64,000 bases of DNA from an uncultured Candidatus Saccharibacteria bacterium (GCA_964581035.1 CAZOLO010000001.1:7190-71189), one strand, 5' to 3'. Shown: positions 47,601 to 57,977, numbered from the stretch's first letter. Program-made: numbers and translations. Notes: generated by a model not told the origin, from the letters alone.

Positions 47601-48091
47601 ATGTTGGAGGTGAACTTGAGTCAGTTCATTTAGAATCTTGGCCAGAATTAGTAATAAAAGGAAAAGGTGATGTTCTTGAGAACATGACAACAGTAAGAGA
47701 GGTTGTTAGGCTTGGGCTAGAAGCTAGGCAGAAAGCTGGTGTAAAAGTTAGACAACCTTTGCAGAAAATTCAAATAACAGAAAAGTTAGACCAAGAATAT
47801 CTAGATGTTATTGCGGATGAGCTAAATGTTAAAGAAGTATATATTGGATCAGATCTTGTACTTGATACAGTTATTACTCCAGAACTAGAAAAGGAAGGGC
47901 AGGCGAGAGAACTTATTCGAGAAATACAAAAAATGAGAAAAGAGGCTGGTCTGAACCCGGAAGACAAAATTAAGTTGAATATTCCAGAAGAATCAAAAGA
48001 TGTATATGAAGATTTCCAAGAGGAAATAAAAAACATAACCAATGTGATAGATGTTTCATTTGGTGGTGAAATTGTAATAGAAAAATTGTAA
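44687..48091 (+). CDS. ileS: isoleucyl-tRNA synthetase (type 2) with inserted histidine-phosphatase-like domain
   Basis: FYDGPPYATGLPHYGHLL (HYGH), WSVSRSRFWGTPIPIW, KMSKRLKNYP; at 1134 aa, residues ~505-690 (VVFVRHGES...VVVSHMGT) resemble the phosphoglycerate-mutase/His_Phos_1 family. Confidence 0.85.
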   Translation: MRNNEKEKSEVALREEAVLKFWKENDIFKKTLNKPSTEGEFVFYDGPPYATGLPHYGHLLPGTIKDVIPRYKTMKGFSVPRRWGWDCHGLPIENLIQKELDLPTKHDVAEYGIGKFNDAARASVLRYEASWKEYIPRVGRFVDMDYPYMTMTPDFMESIWWVFKTLHDKGLVYKGYKSMYVSPPLETVLSNQEVNMGGYKDVTDMSVTAKFTLKDGGHAGAHMLAWTTTPWTLPGNVLLAVGSDIKYNLVSLDGEKYVVGSELLEKVFEGKEYSVEGELKGSDLVGSTYEPVFPYYSNHENAFRVVPAGFVTTEDGTGIVHIAPGFGQDDLELGQKENVEPIQHVQMDGHFVPEIKKALVDEGYDVADWAVRNVKDHMHVDVEIVKYLAHHGKLFEKKKYIHSYPMCWRTDCPLINYATDSWFIDVQKIKENLIKNNKETNWVPQHVRDGRFGKWLEDVRDWSVSRSRFWGTPIPIWQNENTKEYKVLGSIEDLRKYSGDAITRVVFVRHGESIKNVENRMSSAIDKHPLTEKGDKVAHEAGEKLKDFNVDVIYSSPVLRAKQTAEIIGGSLNMDVVFDEDIIEISSGEWEEKTINEISDFDERADYLNMSIEDRYKAKRGKTGESWEDVEKRLKRFLDRVQKEHQGKTIVVVSHMGTNTMGMKILKSLTNHQVDAIYTNPRFTSHATPVSIHTYSETGLEVDLHRPFIDDIKLVDEDGSNLKRVEDVFDVWFDSGSMPYAQQHFMGGKDMPDRFPADFIAEGQDQTRGWFYVLSVLGTALFDKFPFKEVIVNGMVLAEDGKKMSKRLKNYPEIDVVLNKYGADALRLFLMASPAVHAEDVNFVEKTVSEVQSKVLGRLRNVVEFYKMYEKGEDAKNDSKNILDQWILSRLSETQTEMEKGLEGYEIDKGARPIFDFVDDLSTWYVRRSRDRFKGEGEDKKSSIETTRFVLREFSKLIAPYIPFVAEEVYKDVGGELESVHLESWPELVIKGKGDVLENMTTVREVVRLGLEARQKAGVKVRQPLQKIQITEKLDQEYLDVIADELNVKEVYIGSDLVLDTVITPELEKEGQARELIREIQKMRKEAGLNPEDKIKLNIPEESKDVYEDFQEEIKNITNVIDVSFGGEIVIEKL

Positions 48092-48104
48092 TCATAAAAG
48101 CTTT

Positions 48105-48530
48105 ATGTCACCAATAAAGAAAATAAAAAAATTACATCCAAAACTTCGAACCTACCATTTTGAAGAATTGTTTGTATTAGTGGCTTTAGTGGTTGTTGGG
48201 TTATTTTCGGGTAAGGGTCTAATTGAGTGGATTGGTGTAGCCGCTGTATTTTTTACATTTAAGCATACAATCATTAGTGAGAGACTTCAGGAGGCCGAAG
48301 CAGAAAGAGCTAGGGTTGAGGGTTTAGAATCTGTTACTGTTGAGTGTTACCCAAAGCTAGGTCAGAACTTTATTATTAAAGAATGTCTTTGGTTTGTGTA
48401 TTTTGCATTGCTTGGAGCTTGGTCTGCGTTGGCTGGAGTTATAATATTTCTACTATATCCAGTATGGAGAAAGTATTATCGAAAACATAACCCACTATCA
48501 GAAAGAAAGATTAGAAAAACTAATGTATGA
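48105..48530 (+). CDS. hypothetical membrane protein
   Basis: Two or three TM segments. Confidence 0.4.
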   Translation: MSPIKKIKKLHPKLRTYHFEELFVLVALVVVGLFSGKGLIEWIGVAAVFFTFKHTIISERLQEAEAERARVEGLESVTVECYPKLGQNFIIKECLWFVYFALLGAWSALAGVIIFLLYPVWRKYYRKHNPLSERKIRKTNV

Positions 48531-49456
48531 AAAAAGATTCAAAAATTTATGTAGCAGGACATAATGGTCTAGTTGGTTCATCTATTGTGAGAGCCTTGCT
48601 TGCTAATGGGTATGTCAATATTGTTACAAGGTCTCACAAGGATCTGGATCTAGTTAATCAGGAAGCAGTAAATAATTTCTTTGGTGAAGAAAAGCCCGAA
48701 TACGTTTTTCTCGCGGCTGCAAAGGTTGGAGGGATTCATGCAAATAGCACTTATCCAGCGGAGTTTCTTTATGATAATTTGATGATTGAATCAAATATTA
48801 TAAGAGCAAGTCATGTTAATGGGGTAGAGAAACTTCTATTCCTGGGAAGCTCATGCATATATCCTAAATTTGCAGAACAGCCAATAAAAGAAGAAAGCCT
48901 TCTTACTGGACCACTAGAGCCTACAAATGATGCTTATGCTATTGCAAAGATAGCCGGAATAAAACTCTGTCAGTCATACATGAATCAGTATGGATCAAGA
49001 TTTATTTCTGTAATGCCAACAAATTTATATGGTCCTGGAGATAATTATCACCCAGAGAATTCTCATGTATTACCATCTCTTATTCGAAGGTTCCATGAAG
49101 CAAAAAAGAACGATTCTAAAGAAGTCATAATTTGGGGTTCTGGTAATCCACTTCGTGAATTTTTATTTGTTGATGATTTAGCTAGAGCCTGTATTTTTCT
49201 AATGAATAACTATGAAGAAGAGGGACATATAAATGTTGGTAGTGGTAAAGAAATTTCAATTATGGAATTAGCAAAACTAGTTTCAAGCACTGTTGGTTAT
49301 GAAGGATCTATTTCAAACGATGAAACTAAGCCAGATGGTACGCCCAGGAAGCTAATGGATAATTCTAAGATACGTTCACTTGGGTGGAGGCCAGAAGTAC
49401 CTCTTGAAGAGGGAATAAAAATTGCTTATAAAGATTTTATTGAAAATTATACTTAA
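48527..49456 (+). CDS. fcl: GDP-L-fucose synthase (GDP-4-keto-6-deoxymannose 3,5-epimerase/4-reductase)
   Basis: [19 protein letters not shown] Rossmann motif, [28 protein letters not shown] catalytic YxxxK. Confidence 0.8.
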   Translation: MKKDSKIYVAGHNGLVGSSIVRALLANGYVNIVTRSHKDLDLVNQEAVNNFFGEEKPEYVFLAAAKVGGIHANSTYPAEFLYDNLMIESNIIRASHVNGVEKLLFLGSSCIYPKFAEQPIKEESLLTGPLEPTNDAYAIAKIAGIKLCQSYMNQYGSRFISVMPTNLYGPGDNYHPENSHVLPSLIRRFHEAKKNDSKEVIIWGSGNPLREFLFVDDLARACIFLMNNYEEEGHINVGSGKEISIMELAKLVSSTVGYEGSISNDETKPDGTPRKLMDNSKIRSLGWRPEVPLEEGIKIAYKDFIENYT

Positions 49457-50034
49457 TGGCGTATCCAATTTATACAACCCCAGGATTTGTTTTAAGTTCG
49501 TATAAAATAGGGGAAGCTGACAGACTTCTTCAGATTTTTACTCGTGACTTAGGTGTGGTATTTGCAAAGGCTACTGGAATAAGAAAATTAAAATCTAAAT
49601 TACGCGGTCATGTTCAGGATTATAATTTGGGGTTATTTAGCATGGTTCATGGGAAGTCAGGTTGGAAACTTACAAATGGTGATGTTTATGAGTCTGGAGA
49701 ATACAGAAGTTTTAGTCTAAGACAGAAAGAGGTGTTGGCGAGAGTTGCTAGCCTGCTTCGCAGGCTGTATGTAGGAGAGGAACCAAACGAAAAGCTTTTT
49801 GAGACAATTATATCGTTTTTCTCTCATGAGATGTTTTTAAAAGAAGATAAGATTGGTGTTTTTGAGCTTGTTGTAGGGGTTAATATTTTAAGTCAATTAG
49901 GGTATGTGGGTGATGAATCCATAACATCGAATGTGGTTCAAATGGGTCATGAAATAGATTCTGACTTTGTTTTGGAAAATAAGAAGAAAATAATTTTAGA
50001 AATAAACAGTGCGCTTTCTGATAGTCAATTGTAA
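49456..50034 (+). CDS. RecO-like DNA repair protein (short form)
   Basis: N-terminal OB-fold pattern GFVLSSYKIGEADRLLQIFTRDLGVVFAKATGIRKLKSKLRGHVQ resembles the RecO N-terminus. Confidence 0.4.
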   Translation: MAYPIYTTPGFVLSSYKIGEADRLLQIFTRDLGVVFAKATGIRKLKSKLRGHVQDYNLGLFSMVHGKSGWKLTNGDVYESGEYRSFSLRQKEVLARVASLLRRLYVGEEPNEKLFETIISFFSHEMFLKEDKIGVFELVVGVNILSQLGYVGDESITSNVVQMGHEIDSDFVLENKKKIILEINSALSDSQL

Positions 50035-50065
50035 GATGATATACTAATAACACGTTATATAATAT

Positions 50066-51937
50066 ATGGATAATCTAGATAAAAAACAGGATATTCTATA
50101 TGGCCACAAAGGTGTGTCAGATAGAAAGAGAAAGGGTGTAAAAAAGAATCGTGATCGAGATGTAAAGAAGGATTGGGGGTCAGCGAAATCTGAGTATAAA
50201 CCAAAAAAGAAGCGACCCATAGCTAAAACAATTTTTGGCTTTTCTTTGGTATTTTTTGTTTTTGCTGTTTTATTTTTAGCCTTTCAATTTATAACTGGTA
50301 ATGGAAATGTTTCAACAAAAAATGTAGACATAGATATTCTTGGCAACACTTTCACAGCAGGAGGAGAAGAGCTTCCTCTTCAGATTCAAATAACAAACAG
50401 AAACTCGGTTCCTTTAGAGTACAGTGATTTGATTATTGAATATCCTGATGGGGCAGGTGATAAGGTTCGGGAGAGAGTTTCTATGGGGACAATAAAGCAA
50501 AATGAAACAGTTGTAGAATCAAGAGATGTAGTTCTGTTTGGTCAGCAAGGCTCACTTCAAGAAATACAAGCCACTATAGAGTACAGAATCAAAGGTTCTA
50601 ATGCGATATTTTTTAAACCCTTGTCTCATTTTGTAACTCTTAACTCAGCCCCCATTGATCTTGCTGTTAGTGCAAACGGAAATGTTGTTTCTGGTCAGAG
50701 ATCTTCATTTACCATAAAGATAAGAACAAACAACTCTGTAACAACTCAAGACATCGGAGTTAAGGTTGAATACCCAACAGGATTTAGATTTGAAGAGTCT
50801 GATGTTGACCCAGTTTTTGGTGACAACATATGGCATCTTGGTGATTTGGCCCCAGGATCAGAAAAAGAAATTACATTTTCGGGTATTTTGTTTGGAGAAG
50901 AGCGAGATGAAAGAGCTTTTCGGTTCTTTGTTGGACCATATACAAACTTCTCTAATGCGGAATTAGCTCAAGTGTATAGTTCATACATACATACAGCGAC
51001 AATCAGCAAGCCTTTTATTGGGGCTCAGGTTTTGATTGCTGGAATAGAAGATGAAGTAGTTGCTATGAATTCTGAAGAATTAATTCCGGTGACTATTAAG
51101 TGGTCAAACAATCTTCCAACAAGAATTGATGACGTTGTTTTGGAGATAAAGATAGATGGAGACATAGTAAATGAATCGAGTATTCAGAGTTCAGGTGGTT
51201 TCTATGATTCAAATACTAGGACTTTACGCTGGGATAAGACAAACTATGGATCTTTTGCTTCTGTTCAACCAGGAACAAGAAGTAATATAAACTTTAGTTT
51301 AGCTTCAATTCCTTTGTATCAAGGCGGAGATCTTGCTAAAGATGAAGAGATTACCTTGTCAGTGTCAGTAAGTGGTAAAAAACCAACAGAAGGGGGATCT
51401 CTAGAGACTATAAAAAACTCTTCACAAAAAATAGTTAAAATAAATTCAGATCTCTTTGTTACAGCTGATGGATTTTTCCGATCAGGTCCATTTAATAACA
51501 TAGGGTCAATTCCTCCAGTAGTAGGTCAAGAGACGGAGTATACAATCATATGGTCTGTTACGAATTCAGCCAACTCTGTTTCTGGAGCTAAAGTTACAGC
51601 TATACTACCGCCTTATGTTGAGTATAAGAATCAGATTTCTCCAATCTCAGAATCTGTAATATTTAATCCAAACACCAGAGAGGTAACATGGAACATAGGA
51701 GCTGTTTCAAGGGGTGTAGGGCTTACACAATCAAGTAAGGAAATATCATTCCTTGTAGGTCTCACTCCTTCTATTTCTCAAGTAGGAAGCTCTCCTATAC
51801 TAATAAATAGCACAAGGATAACCGCTAGAGATTTATTTACAGATGAGACTCTATCTGACTCTAGTCGAGAGGTGACTACAAAAATAATTAATGACACGGG
51901 TTATGTGAGCGCGGAAAGTCGTGTTGTTGCACAATAA
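50066..51937 (+). CDS. large membrane-anchored extracellular protein (hypothetical)
   Basis: Basic N-terminus, single TM (IAKTIFGFSLVFFVFAVLFLAF), ~550-aa ectodomain. Confidence 0.45.
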   Translation: MDNLDKKQDILYGHKGVSDRKRKGVKKNRDRDVKKDWGSAKSEYKPKKKRPIAKTIFGFSLVFFVFAVLFLAFQFITGNGNVSTKNVDIDILGNTFTAGGEELPLQIQITNRNSVPLEYSDLIIEYPDGAGDKVRERVSMGTIKQNETVVESRDVVLFGQQGSLQEIQATIEYRIKGSNAIFFKPLSHFVTLNSAPIDLAVSANGNVVSGQRSSFTIKIRTNNSVTTQDIGVKVEYPTGFRFEESDVDPVFGDNIWHLGDLAPGSEKEITFSGILFGEERDERAFRFFVGPYTNFSNAELAQVYSSYIHTATISKPFIGAQVLIAGIEDEVVAMNSEELIPVTIKWSNNLPTRIDDVVLEIKIDGDIVNESSIQSSGGFYDSNTRTLRWDKTNYGSFASVQPGTRSNINFSLASIPLYQGGDLAKDEEITLSVSVSGKKPTEGGSLETIKNSSQKIVKINSDLFVTADGFFRSGPFNNIGSIPPVVGQETEYTIIWSVTNSANSVSGAKVTAILPPYVEYKNQISPISESVIFNPNTREVTWNIGAVSRGVGLTQSSKEISFLVGLTPSISQVGSSPILINSTRITARDLFTDETLSDSSREVTTKIINDTGYVSAESRVVAQ

Positions 51938-51963
51938 GCTATAGATAGAGTAGTATACAAGTT

Positions 51964-53346
51964 ATGGAACAAGATCAAGATTTAATGCAAAAAATAGTTA
52001 GCTTAGCTAAAAGGCGAGGTTTTATATTTCCTGGTTCTGAAATTTATGGAGGATTATCTGGTACATATGATTATGGACCTCTTGGGTCACAGTTAAAGAA
52101 AAATATAAAAGACTCTTGGTGGAAGAAGTTTGTGGAGTCAAGAGAAGATACTTATGGACTTGATGCAGCAATACTGATGAATCAAAAGGTTTGGGAAGCG
52201 ACTGGTCATGTTGATGAATTTCATGACATGCTTGTTGAAGATATCAAAACAAACAAAAGATATCGTGCGGATCACTTACTTGAAGATGCGGGGGTGTCTG
52301 ATGCTGATGGTATGTCTGCAGAGCAGATGTCTGAAAAAATTCAGGAGTTAGATTTGAAATCACCCGAAGGAAACCCTTTAAGTGAAGTTAAGCAATTCAA
52401 CATGATGCTTCAAACAAAAGTTGGGGTTACAGACGATGGGGGAACGACTAGTTATTTAAGACCAGAGACAGCTCAAGGTATTTTTGTAAATTACAAAAAC
52501 ATACTCGACACCATGAGCCCTAAAATTCCTTTTGGTATAGCTCAAATAGGTAAGGCTTTTAGGAATGAGATTACTCCAAAAGATTTTACTTTTAGACAGA
52601 GAGAGTTTGAACAGATGGAAATAGAGTATTTTATTAAAGAATCAGACTGGGAAAAACAATTTACTTACTGGGTCGAAGAGCAACAAGAGTGGTTTACTGG
52701 TATTGGTCTTGATGAGACCAAGCTCCATGAGCACGAGCATCCAAAAGAAGCATTGAGTCACTATTCTAAGAGAACAATGGATTGGAACTTTGATTTTCCT
52801 TTTGGAAGAAGTGAGCTATGCGGTCTTGCTTACAGAACTGACTTTGACCTATCAAGGCACGCTGAGGCTTCTAAACAAAAACTTCAGTACACAGATCCTC
52901 ACACTGGAGAGACTTTTGTACCCCATGTCATAGAGCCTTCATTTGGTCTAGATAGAACAATTTTGGCTTTACTGGTATCAGCTTATAGAGAGGAAAATCC
53001 AGGAAAAGAAGATGAAAGAGTCTATTTAGCCCTGAAGCCTTCTGTTGCGCCTGTTCTTTGTGCGGTTTCACCGTTGGTGAAAAATAAAGAAGATATAGTG
53101 GACAGAGCAAGAATGATTTTTGGAAAACTGAAAGCGGAATTCGGAAGAGTAATGTGGGATGATAACGGAAATGTAGGGAAGAGATATCGAAGACAAGACG
53201 AGATTGGAACACCATTTTGTATTGTAATTGATTACGAGACCATGGATGGAGAGGGTGTAACTATTCGAAATAGAGATACTGGAGATCAAGACAGGATAAA
53301 AGAAGAAGATCTTGTTGAGTACTTAAGAGAAAAATTCGAAGACTAG
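51964..53346 (+). CDS. glyQS: glycyl-tRNA synthetase (dimeric class II type)
   Basis: RRGFIFPGSEIYGGLSGTYDYGPLG and class II motifs. Confidence 0.85.
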   Translation: MEQDQDLMQKIVSLAKRRGFIFPGSEIYGGLSGTYDYGPLGSQLKKNIKDSWWKKFVESREDTYGLDAAILMNQKVWEATGHVDEFHDMLVEDIKTNKRYRADHLLEDAGVSDADGMSAEQMSEKIQELDLKSPEGNPLSEVKQFNMMLQTKVGVTDDGGTTSYLRPETAQGIFVNYKNILDTMSPKIPFGIAQIGKAFRNEITPKDFTFRQREFEQMEIEYFIKESDWEKQFTYWVEEQQEWFTGIGLDETKLHEHEHPKEALSHYSKRTMDWNFDFPFGRSELCGLAYRTDFDLSRHAEASKQKLQYTDPHTGETFVPHVIEPSFGLDRTILALLVSAYREENPGKEDERVYLALKPSVAPVLCAVSPLVKNKEDIVDRARMIFGKLKAEFGRVMWDDNGNVGKRYRRQDEIGTPFCIVIDYETMDGEGVTIRNRDTGDQDRIKEEDLVEYLREKFED

Positions 53347-53370
53347 AAAAACCGCCGAAAGGCGGTTTCG
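53347..53370 (+). terminator. rho-independent terminator
   Basis: aaaaaccgccgaaaggcggttt. Confidence 0.6.
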
Positions 53371-53426
53371 TTGACAGTGGCTGTCTGATGAGTAATATGA
53401 AAAGAAAAAATTAAAAATAAATACAC

Positions 53427-53780
53427 ATGCCGTTTGTGGAAACATATTACGATCCTAAATGGATTTCAGAGAAGCCTATGCGAGTGCTTATAGATGATAT
53501 TTCAAAATCGATAGCCTGGCGGCTATTAAAAAAGCGTGATTATAAAACCATAAGAAGGGTTAAAATTATATGGAAACCAAACCCTGAAAAATCAATTAAT
53601 ATGCCAAAGATTTTTATTAAAATATCTTCAGGCCATTTTAATAAAGACGCAAATTGTCCGTCAAAGGTTTTAGAATTAATAAAGTTTGATTTAAGGAAAA
53701 ATCCGGCCATTAAATCTTTGCCAGAAGATTCTGTCATTCTAAAGGCCGTCTGGGAAGATTCCCATGTTTTAAAATATTAG
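53427..53780 (+). CDS. hypothetical protein
   Basis: 117-aa ORF. Confidence 0.35.
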   Translation: MPFVETYYDPKWISEKPMRVLIDDISKSIAWRLLKKRDYKTIRRVKIIWKPNPEKSINMPKIFIKISSGHFNKDANCPSKVLELIKFDLRKNPAIKSLPEDSVILKAVWEDSHVLKY

Positions 53781-53786
53781 CTTTTC

Positions 53787-53818
53787 AATCACCAGTGTTA
53801 CTGGTGGTTTTTATTTTC
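53787..53818 (+). terminator. rho-independent terminator
   Basis: caccagtgttactggtg + T-run. Confidence 0.55.
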
Positions 53819-53897
53819 CCACAAGTTTAATAAATATGAATCTAAAAATCTTTTTGCATGTTATTATATTAGTAGTTAATTAATATCTTCTTATATC

Positions 53898-55010
53898 ATG
53901 GCAACAAAAAAAGATTCTACAATTTCAATCAACATCACAACAGGGGCTATTGTAAAAGTTCTTGTCTTTGCTCTTATTGTTGCAGCAGTCTTTGCTTTGA
54001 AGGATCTTGTACTTGTTGTTATGACATCTATCGTTATTGCTTCTTTTGTCGGTAACGCAGCCACCGCAGTAGAGAAGTATAAACTAGGAAGAACCCTATC
54101 TGTGGTTTTGATATATACGCTTTCCATTGGTTTGTTAGCCGGTGTATTCTATTTGTTTGTACCAGTCCTGGTAGTTGAATCAGCGAATGTAATCGACGTT
54201 CTAGGAGAGTACCTCCCAGACTCAGAGACTATTAATAATATTAAAGAGAGTGTGGCCGCTGGAGCCAAGAGCTTCACAAGTCTAAGTTCAGGTAATATAG
54301 GAAGCCTTGTTAGTGACTCTGCTGGAGTAGCCTCAGACGTAAGTGCAAACTTCTTTAGTGCTATTTCTGCTATATTCGGAGGTATCTTGAATCTTATACT
54401 TATTGTGGTTATATCTTTCTATTTATCTATAGAGAAAGGGGGGATTGAGCACTTCCTTAGAATTGTTATCCCTCTCTCACATGAAGACTATGCTATAGGT
54501 CTGTGGAATCGATCTCAAAGGAAAATCGCTCTCTGGATGCAGGGTCAAATGGTTCTAGGTCTTCTTGTTGGTGTTCTTACATATTTAGGACTGTCTATTC
54601 TTGGTGTTAAGTACGCCCTAATGCTTGCTCTTGTTGCTGGAATTATGGAGCTTATACCATTTGGAATTATTCTAGCTGCTATCCCCGCAATATCTTTCGG
54701 TTACCTAGATGGGGGATTCACAATGGGATTTCTTGTTGCGGGATTCTACCTAATTGTTCAGCAATTTGAAAACTATCTTATCGCACCACTTGTTGTTCAG
54801 AAGGTTACAGGGGTTTCTCCTCTGGTTGTTATTTTAGCGGTTCTTGTTGGTACTCAGCTAGCTGGATTCTGGGGTCTTATATTGGCCATCCCTGTGGCTG
54901 TGGTCTTGATGGAGTTTGCTAGTGATATAGAAAACCAAAAGGTTGTCGCTAAGGTTGCCAAAGTAGCTCGTTCTGCGAGAAAGGTTGCAAAGAAGTCTAC
55001 TTCAGGGTAA
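53898..55010 (+). CDS. AI-2E family transporter (PerM/UPF0118)
   Basis: Polytopic; conserved C-terminal LILAIPVAVVLMEF region. Confidence 0.65.
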   Translation: MATKKDSTISINITTGAIVKVLVFALIVAAVFALKDLVLVVMTSIVIASFVGNAATAVEKYKLGRTLSVVLIYTLSIGLLAGVFYLFVPVLVVESANVIDVLGEYLPDSETINNIKESVAAGAKSFTSLSSGNIGSLVSDSAGVASDVSANFFSAISAIFGGILNLILIVVISFYLSIEKGGIEHFLRIVIPLSHEDYAIGLWNRSQRKIALWMQGQMVLGLLVGVLTYLGLSILGVKYALMLALVAGIMELIPFGIILAAIPAISFGYLDGGFTMGFLVAGFYLIVQQFENYLIAPLVVQKVTGVSPLVVILAVLVGTQLAGFWGLILAIPVAVVLMEFASDIENQKVVAKVAKVARSARKVAKKSTSG

Positions 55011-55019
55011 AAATGAAGT

Positions 55020-56486
55020 ATGTCAAAAAAACCATTTTATATAACAACAACTCTTCCATACTTAAACGCTAGCCCTCATATAGGTTTTGCGCTTGAGATT
55101 ATTCGAGCAGATGCTATTGCTCGATATAAAGATCTTATGGGCCATGAGGTGTTTTTTAATACCGGAACAGATGAGCATGGCCAGAAGATATACCAAGCTG
55201 CTCTAGATCAAGGAAAGGATCCTCAAGCTTATGTAGATGAAATTGCAAAAGAGTTCCAGGGACTTAAGGAGAAGCTTGGATTGTATAACGACATACATTT
55301 TGTCAGAACAACAGATGTTCACCACAAAAGTTCAGCTCAACACTTCTGGAAGATATGTGATGAGGCTGGATATATCTACAAGAAGAAATACAAAGGGCTT
55401 TACTGTGTTGGTTGTGAATTGTTTAAAACTGAAAAGGAGCTTATAAATGAAGAGTGTCCAGTTCACCCCGGTAAGAAGCCAGATGAGATCGAGGAGGAAA
55501 ATTATTTCTTCAAGTTTTCATCTTTCACAGATGATCTAATTGCTTTGTATAACGCAAGAGAAGATTTTGTAAAACCAGACTTTAGATATAACGAAATAAA
55601 AAACTTTGTAAAAGGTGGGTTGGAAGACTTTTCTATTTCACGAGTAAAAGATCGAATGCCATGGGGTGTTCCAGTTCCTGGTGATGAAGACCAAGTAATG
55701 TATGTTTGGTTTGACGCACTCACAAACTATATTTCTACTTTAGGTTGGCCAGAAGATTCTAAGACTTTTGAGAAATTCTGGGTAAATGGAACAACTCTTC
55801 AAATTGCTGGAAAGGATAATCTTCGTCAGCAGTCTGCTATGTGGCAAGCCATGCTTATGGCGGCAAACCTTCCTCCAACAGACAATATTATAATCAATGG
55901 ATTCATTGTTTCTGATGGTCAAAAAATGAGCAAGTCTCTTGGAAATGTAATAAACCCATATGACTTAGTAGATGAGTTTGGGGTAGATGCACTTAGATAT
56001 TTTATACTTAGGCATGTTGGACTGAGTGAAGACTCTGATGTAACTGTTGAGAAATTTAAAGACGCTTACAATGCAAATCTAGCAAACGGAATAGGGAACT
56101 TAGTAAGTCGGATTCTAAAAATGGTAACTAGCTACAGTGTAATTTTTGAATTCCCAGACAGAGAAGATTCCCTTGAAGAAATTCAAAAGGAAGAAAGTTT
56201 CCAGGAATACAGAGAAGCTTTGGAAAGTTACGACTTTAATAAAGCTATGGATTTCATCTGGAAAGAAGTGGGGGACATGGATGAATTCATTGCTAAAGAG
56301 CAACCATTTAAGAAGATAAAAGAAGATGAAGATACCGCTAAAGAGGATTTAGCAAAACTGCTTCTAAATCTTTGGTATGTTTCAATTCTTCTTGAGCCAC
56401 TATTACCGAACACAGCAGAAAAAATTCAAGAACATCTCGCAGAGCTAAAAATGCCAGAAGAGCCACTGTTTGTTCGAAAAGATTAA
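55020..56486 (+). CDS. metG: methionyl-tRNA synthetase (short form)
   Basis: KMSKSLGNVINP; Zn knuckle CVGC...ECPVH; DFSISR..WGVPVP..YVWFDALTNYIS; HIGH motif reads HIGF. Confidence 0.8.
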   Translation: MSKKPFYITTTLPYLNASPHIGFALEIIRADAIARYKDLMGHEVFFNTGTDEHGQKIYQAALDQGKDPQAYVDEIAKEFQGLKEKLGLYNDIHFVRTTDVHHKSSAQHFWKICDEAGYIYKKKYKGLYCVGCELFKTEKELINEECPVHPGKKPDEIEEENYFFKFSSFTDDLIALYNAREDFVKPDFRYNEIKNFVKGGLEDFSISRVKDRMPWGVPVPGDEDQVMYVWFDALTNYISTLGWPEDSKTFEKFWVNGTTLQIAGKDNLRQQSAMWQAMLMAANLPPTDNIIINGFIVSDGQKMSKSLGNVINPYDLVDEFGVDALRYFILRHVGLSEDSDVTVEKFKDAYNANLANGIGNLVSRILKMVTSYSVIFEFPDREDSLEEIQKEESFQEYREALESYDFNKAMDFIWKEVGDMDEFIAKEQPFKKIKEDEDTAKEDLAKLLLNLWYVSILLEPLLPNTAEKIQEHLAELKMPEEPLFVRKD

Positions 56487-56487
56487 C

Positions 56488-56512
56488 AAAAGCTCCGCAA
56501 GGGGCTTTTGTT
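56488..56512 (+). terminator. rho-independent terminator
   Basis: agctccgcaaggggct + TTTTG. Confidence 0.5.
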
Positions 56513-56553
56513 GACTTTACTATCAATAATAAGTAGTATTTCTTTAAACAAAT

Positions 56554-57234
56554 TTGCACATGAAAATGTTTAAAAAGCTGGCTAATTACATATTGAATTT
56601 TTTTCAAGATGAAAAGCAAAAAAGTGAGCCAATAAGGGCTTCAATGCAATCACTCTGGTCATATTTGGTTGATCATAAAGAGAACTTATTTAACTCAGAG
56701 AATTTGGAGATCTTTAATGAGAGTTTTAATAAACTTAACGATTCCAGGGAAGAGATAAGAAAATTCAAAGGCGAATCAGAAAATATAATACTCGAAAGTG
56801 ATAAAGAGGTTGATCTGATTGTTAAAGATGAAAAAGCAAAGCCCACAGGCTATATCTTTGATTTAGGTGACCGAAAGTATCTCCGTGACTCAAGTATCGA
56901 GCTGCAAGGTTTTGCTGCTAAAGGTGCTACAAAGATTAGCCTAAAATGCTCTTTGATTTCATTAGAGTTAAGGCTTGTAGAATTTTGGGTTCAATCACTT
57001 GGTCAAGGTGTTGCTTTAATTGAACCTGGATATAAAGATTTTGCTGTAGTTAATGATTTAATTGCAAAAATTTTTTCAGAAACCAACTGTCTTCTGGAGT
57101 CTAAGTCATTGGATGACTTAAGTTTCGGTGAGGAGTATGCGGTAGATAATGCGATTTCTTTTTTCTCTTATGCTAACTTAGAAAATCAAGTTATTATCTT
57201 AAAAAAAATAAGAGATCCTTTGTTGATTGGTTAA
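56554..57234 (+). CDS. hypothetical protein
   Basis: 226-aa ORF. Confidence 0.4.
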   Translation: MHMKMFKKLANYILNFFQDEKQKSEPIRASMQSLWSYLVDHKENLFNSENLEIFNESFNKLNDSREEIRKFKGESENIILESDKEVDLIVKDEKAKPTGYIFDLGDRKYLRDSSIELQGFAAKGATKISLKCSLISLELRLVEFWVQSLGQGVALIEPGYKDFAVVNDLIAKIFSETNCLLESKSLDDLSFGEEYAVDNAISFFSYANLENQVIILKKIRDPLLIG

Positions 57235-57299
57235 TTTAGAGTCCGGCAATTGCTGGGCTTTTTTATTTAATTGACCTATTTTACAGTTTGAGGTAATCT

Positions 57300-57977
57300 T
57301 TGGGAAAATTAAAAAAAATGATAGGAATAGGAATTGTTTGTATTTTAGTCATTACAGGACTTGTAATGTATGCTCACGCTACTCTAATGTCTGTAATATC
57401 CTCAAATGAAATGTATTTCAATGGAGTCTTATTTTCATATGAAAAGCTCAAAGAGTATCTTGAAGGTAAAGCCGCATCTTTTGACAATCAAGAAGTGAAT
57501 GACCACTTTTTTCAAAGAATGATTGCTCTGTCCAAACATAGAGATTTGGTTGAAAAAATGGACAAAGAGTTGGAAAGGCAAGTTCTTTTCATGGATGATA
57601 ATTCTTTAGGTATTGGATTTTCTGATGGGGCATTCAATGCATACTTGAATAACTCGACTTATCATATAAATTATATGACCGAGACATATAAGATGAGGTA
57701 CGCTTTGATAAATCACAAATTTGATTATCTAAAGGATCTTGTTCAGCACTTTGTTTTAGAGAGGGGTCTAACGGTAGATCTTGCTAGATTAAAAGACTCT
57801 TTGATTTACAACCTACAACAATTTTTTCTTGATAAAGAGAATATTGAAGTGCTTAAAATTTCCCCTGATCAAAACCTTTGTTTGAATGAAATCTTTGAGG
57901 TTTTAAAACTCTTAGGTGAAGAGGATTTGTCAAAGCAATTCATAGAAAAAACAAAAGCCGAGCAGTTTGCAAGGTGA
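57300..57977 (+). CDS. hypothetical membrane-anchored protein
   Basis: N-terminal TM. Confidence 0.4.
   Translation: MGKLKKMIGIGIVCILVITGLVMYAHATLMSVISSNEMYFNGVLFSYEKLKEYLEGKAASFDNQEVNDHFFQRMIALSKHRDLVEKMDKELERQVLFMDDNSLGIGFSDGAFNAYLNNSTYHINYMTETYKMRYALINHKFDYLKDLVQHFVLERGLTVDLARLKDSLIYNLQQFFLDKENIEVLKISPDQNLCLNEIFEVLKLLGEEDLSKQFIEKTKAEQFAR

Noticed and set aside
53068-53289. Minus-strand ORFs inside the glyQS 3' region
   Set aside because: Antisense to a class II synthetase gene with clear motifs.
57236-57266. Terminator after the ORF at 56554..57234 (ccggcaattgctgggc + T-run)
   Set aside because: Only the central gcaattgc is self-complementary and the outer arms do not pair well, so I did not list it as a terminator feature.
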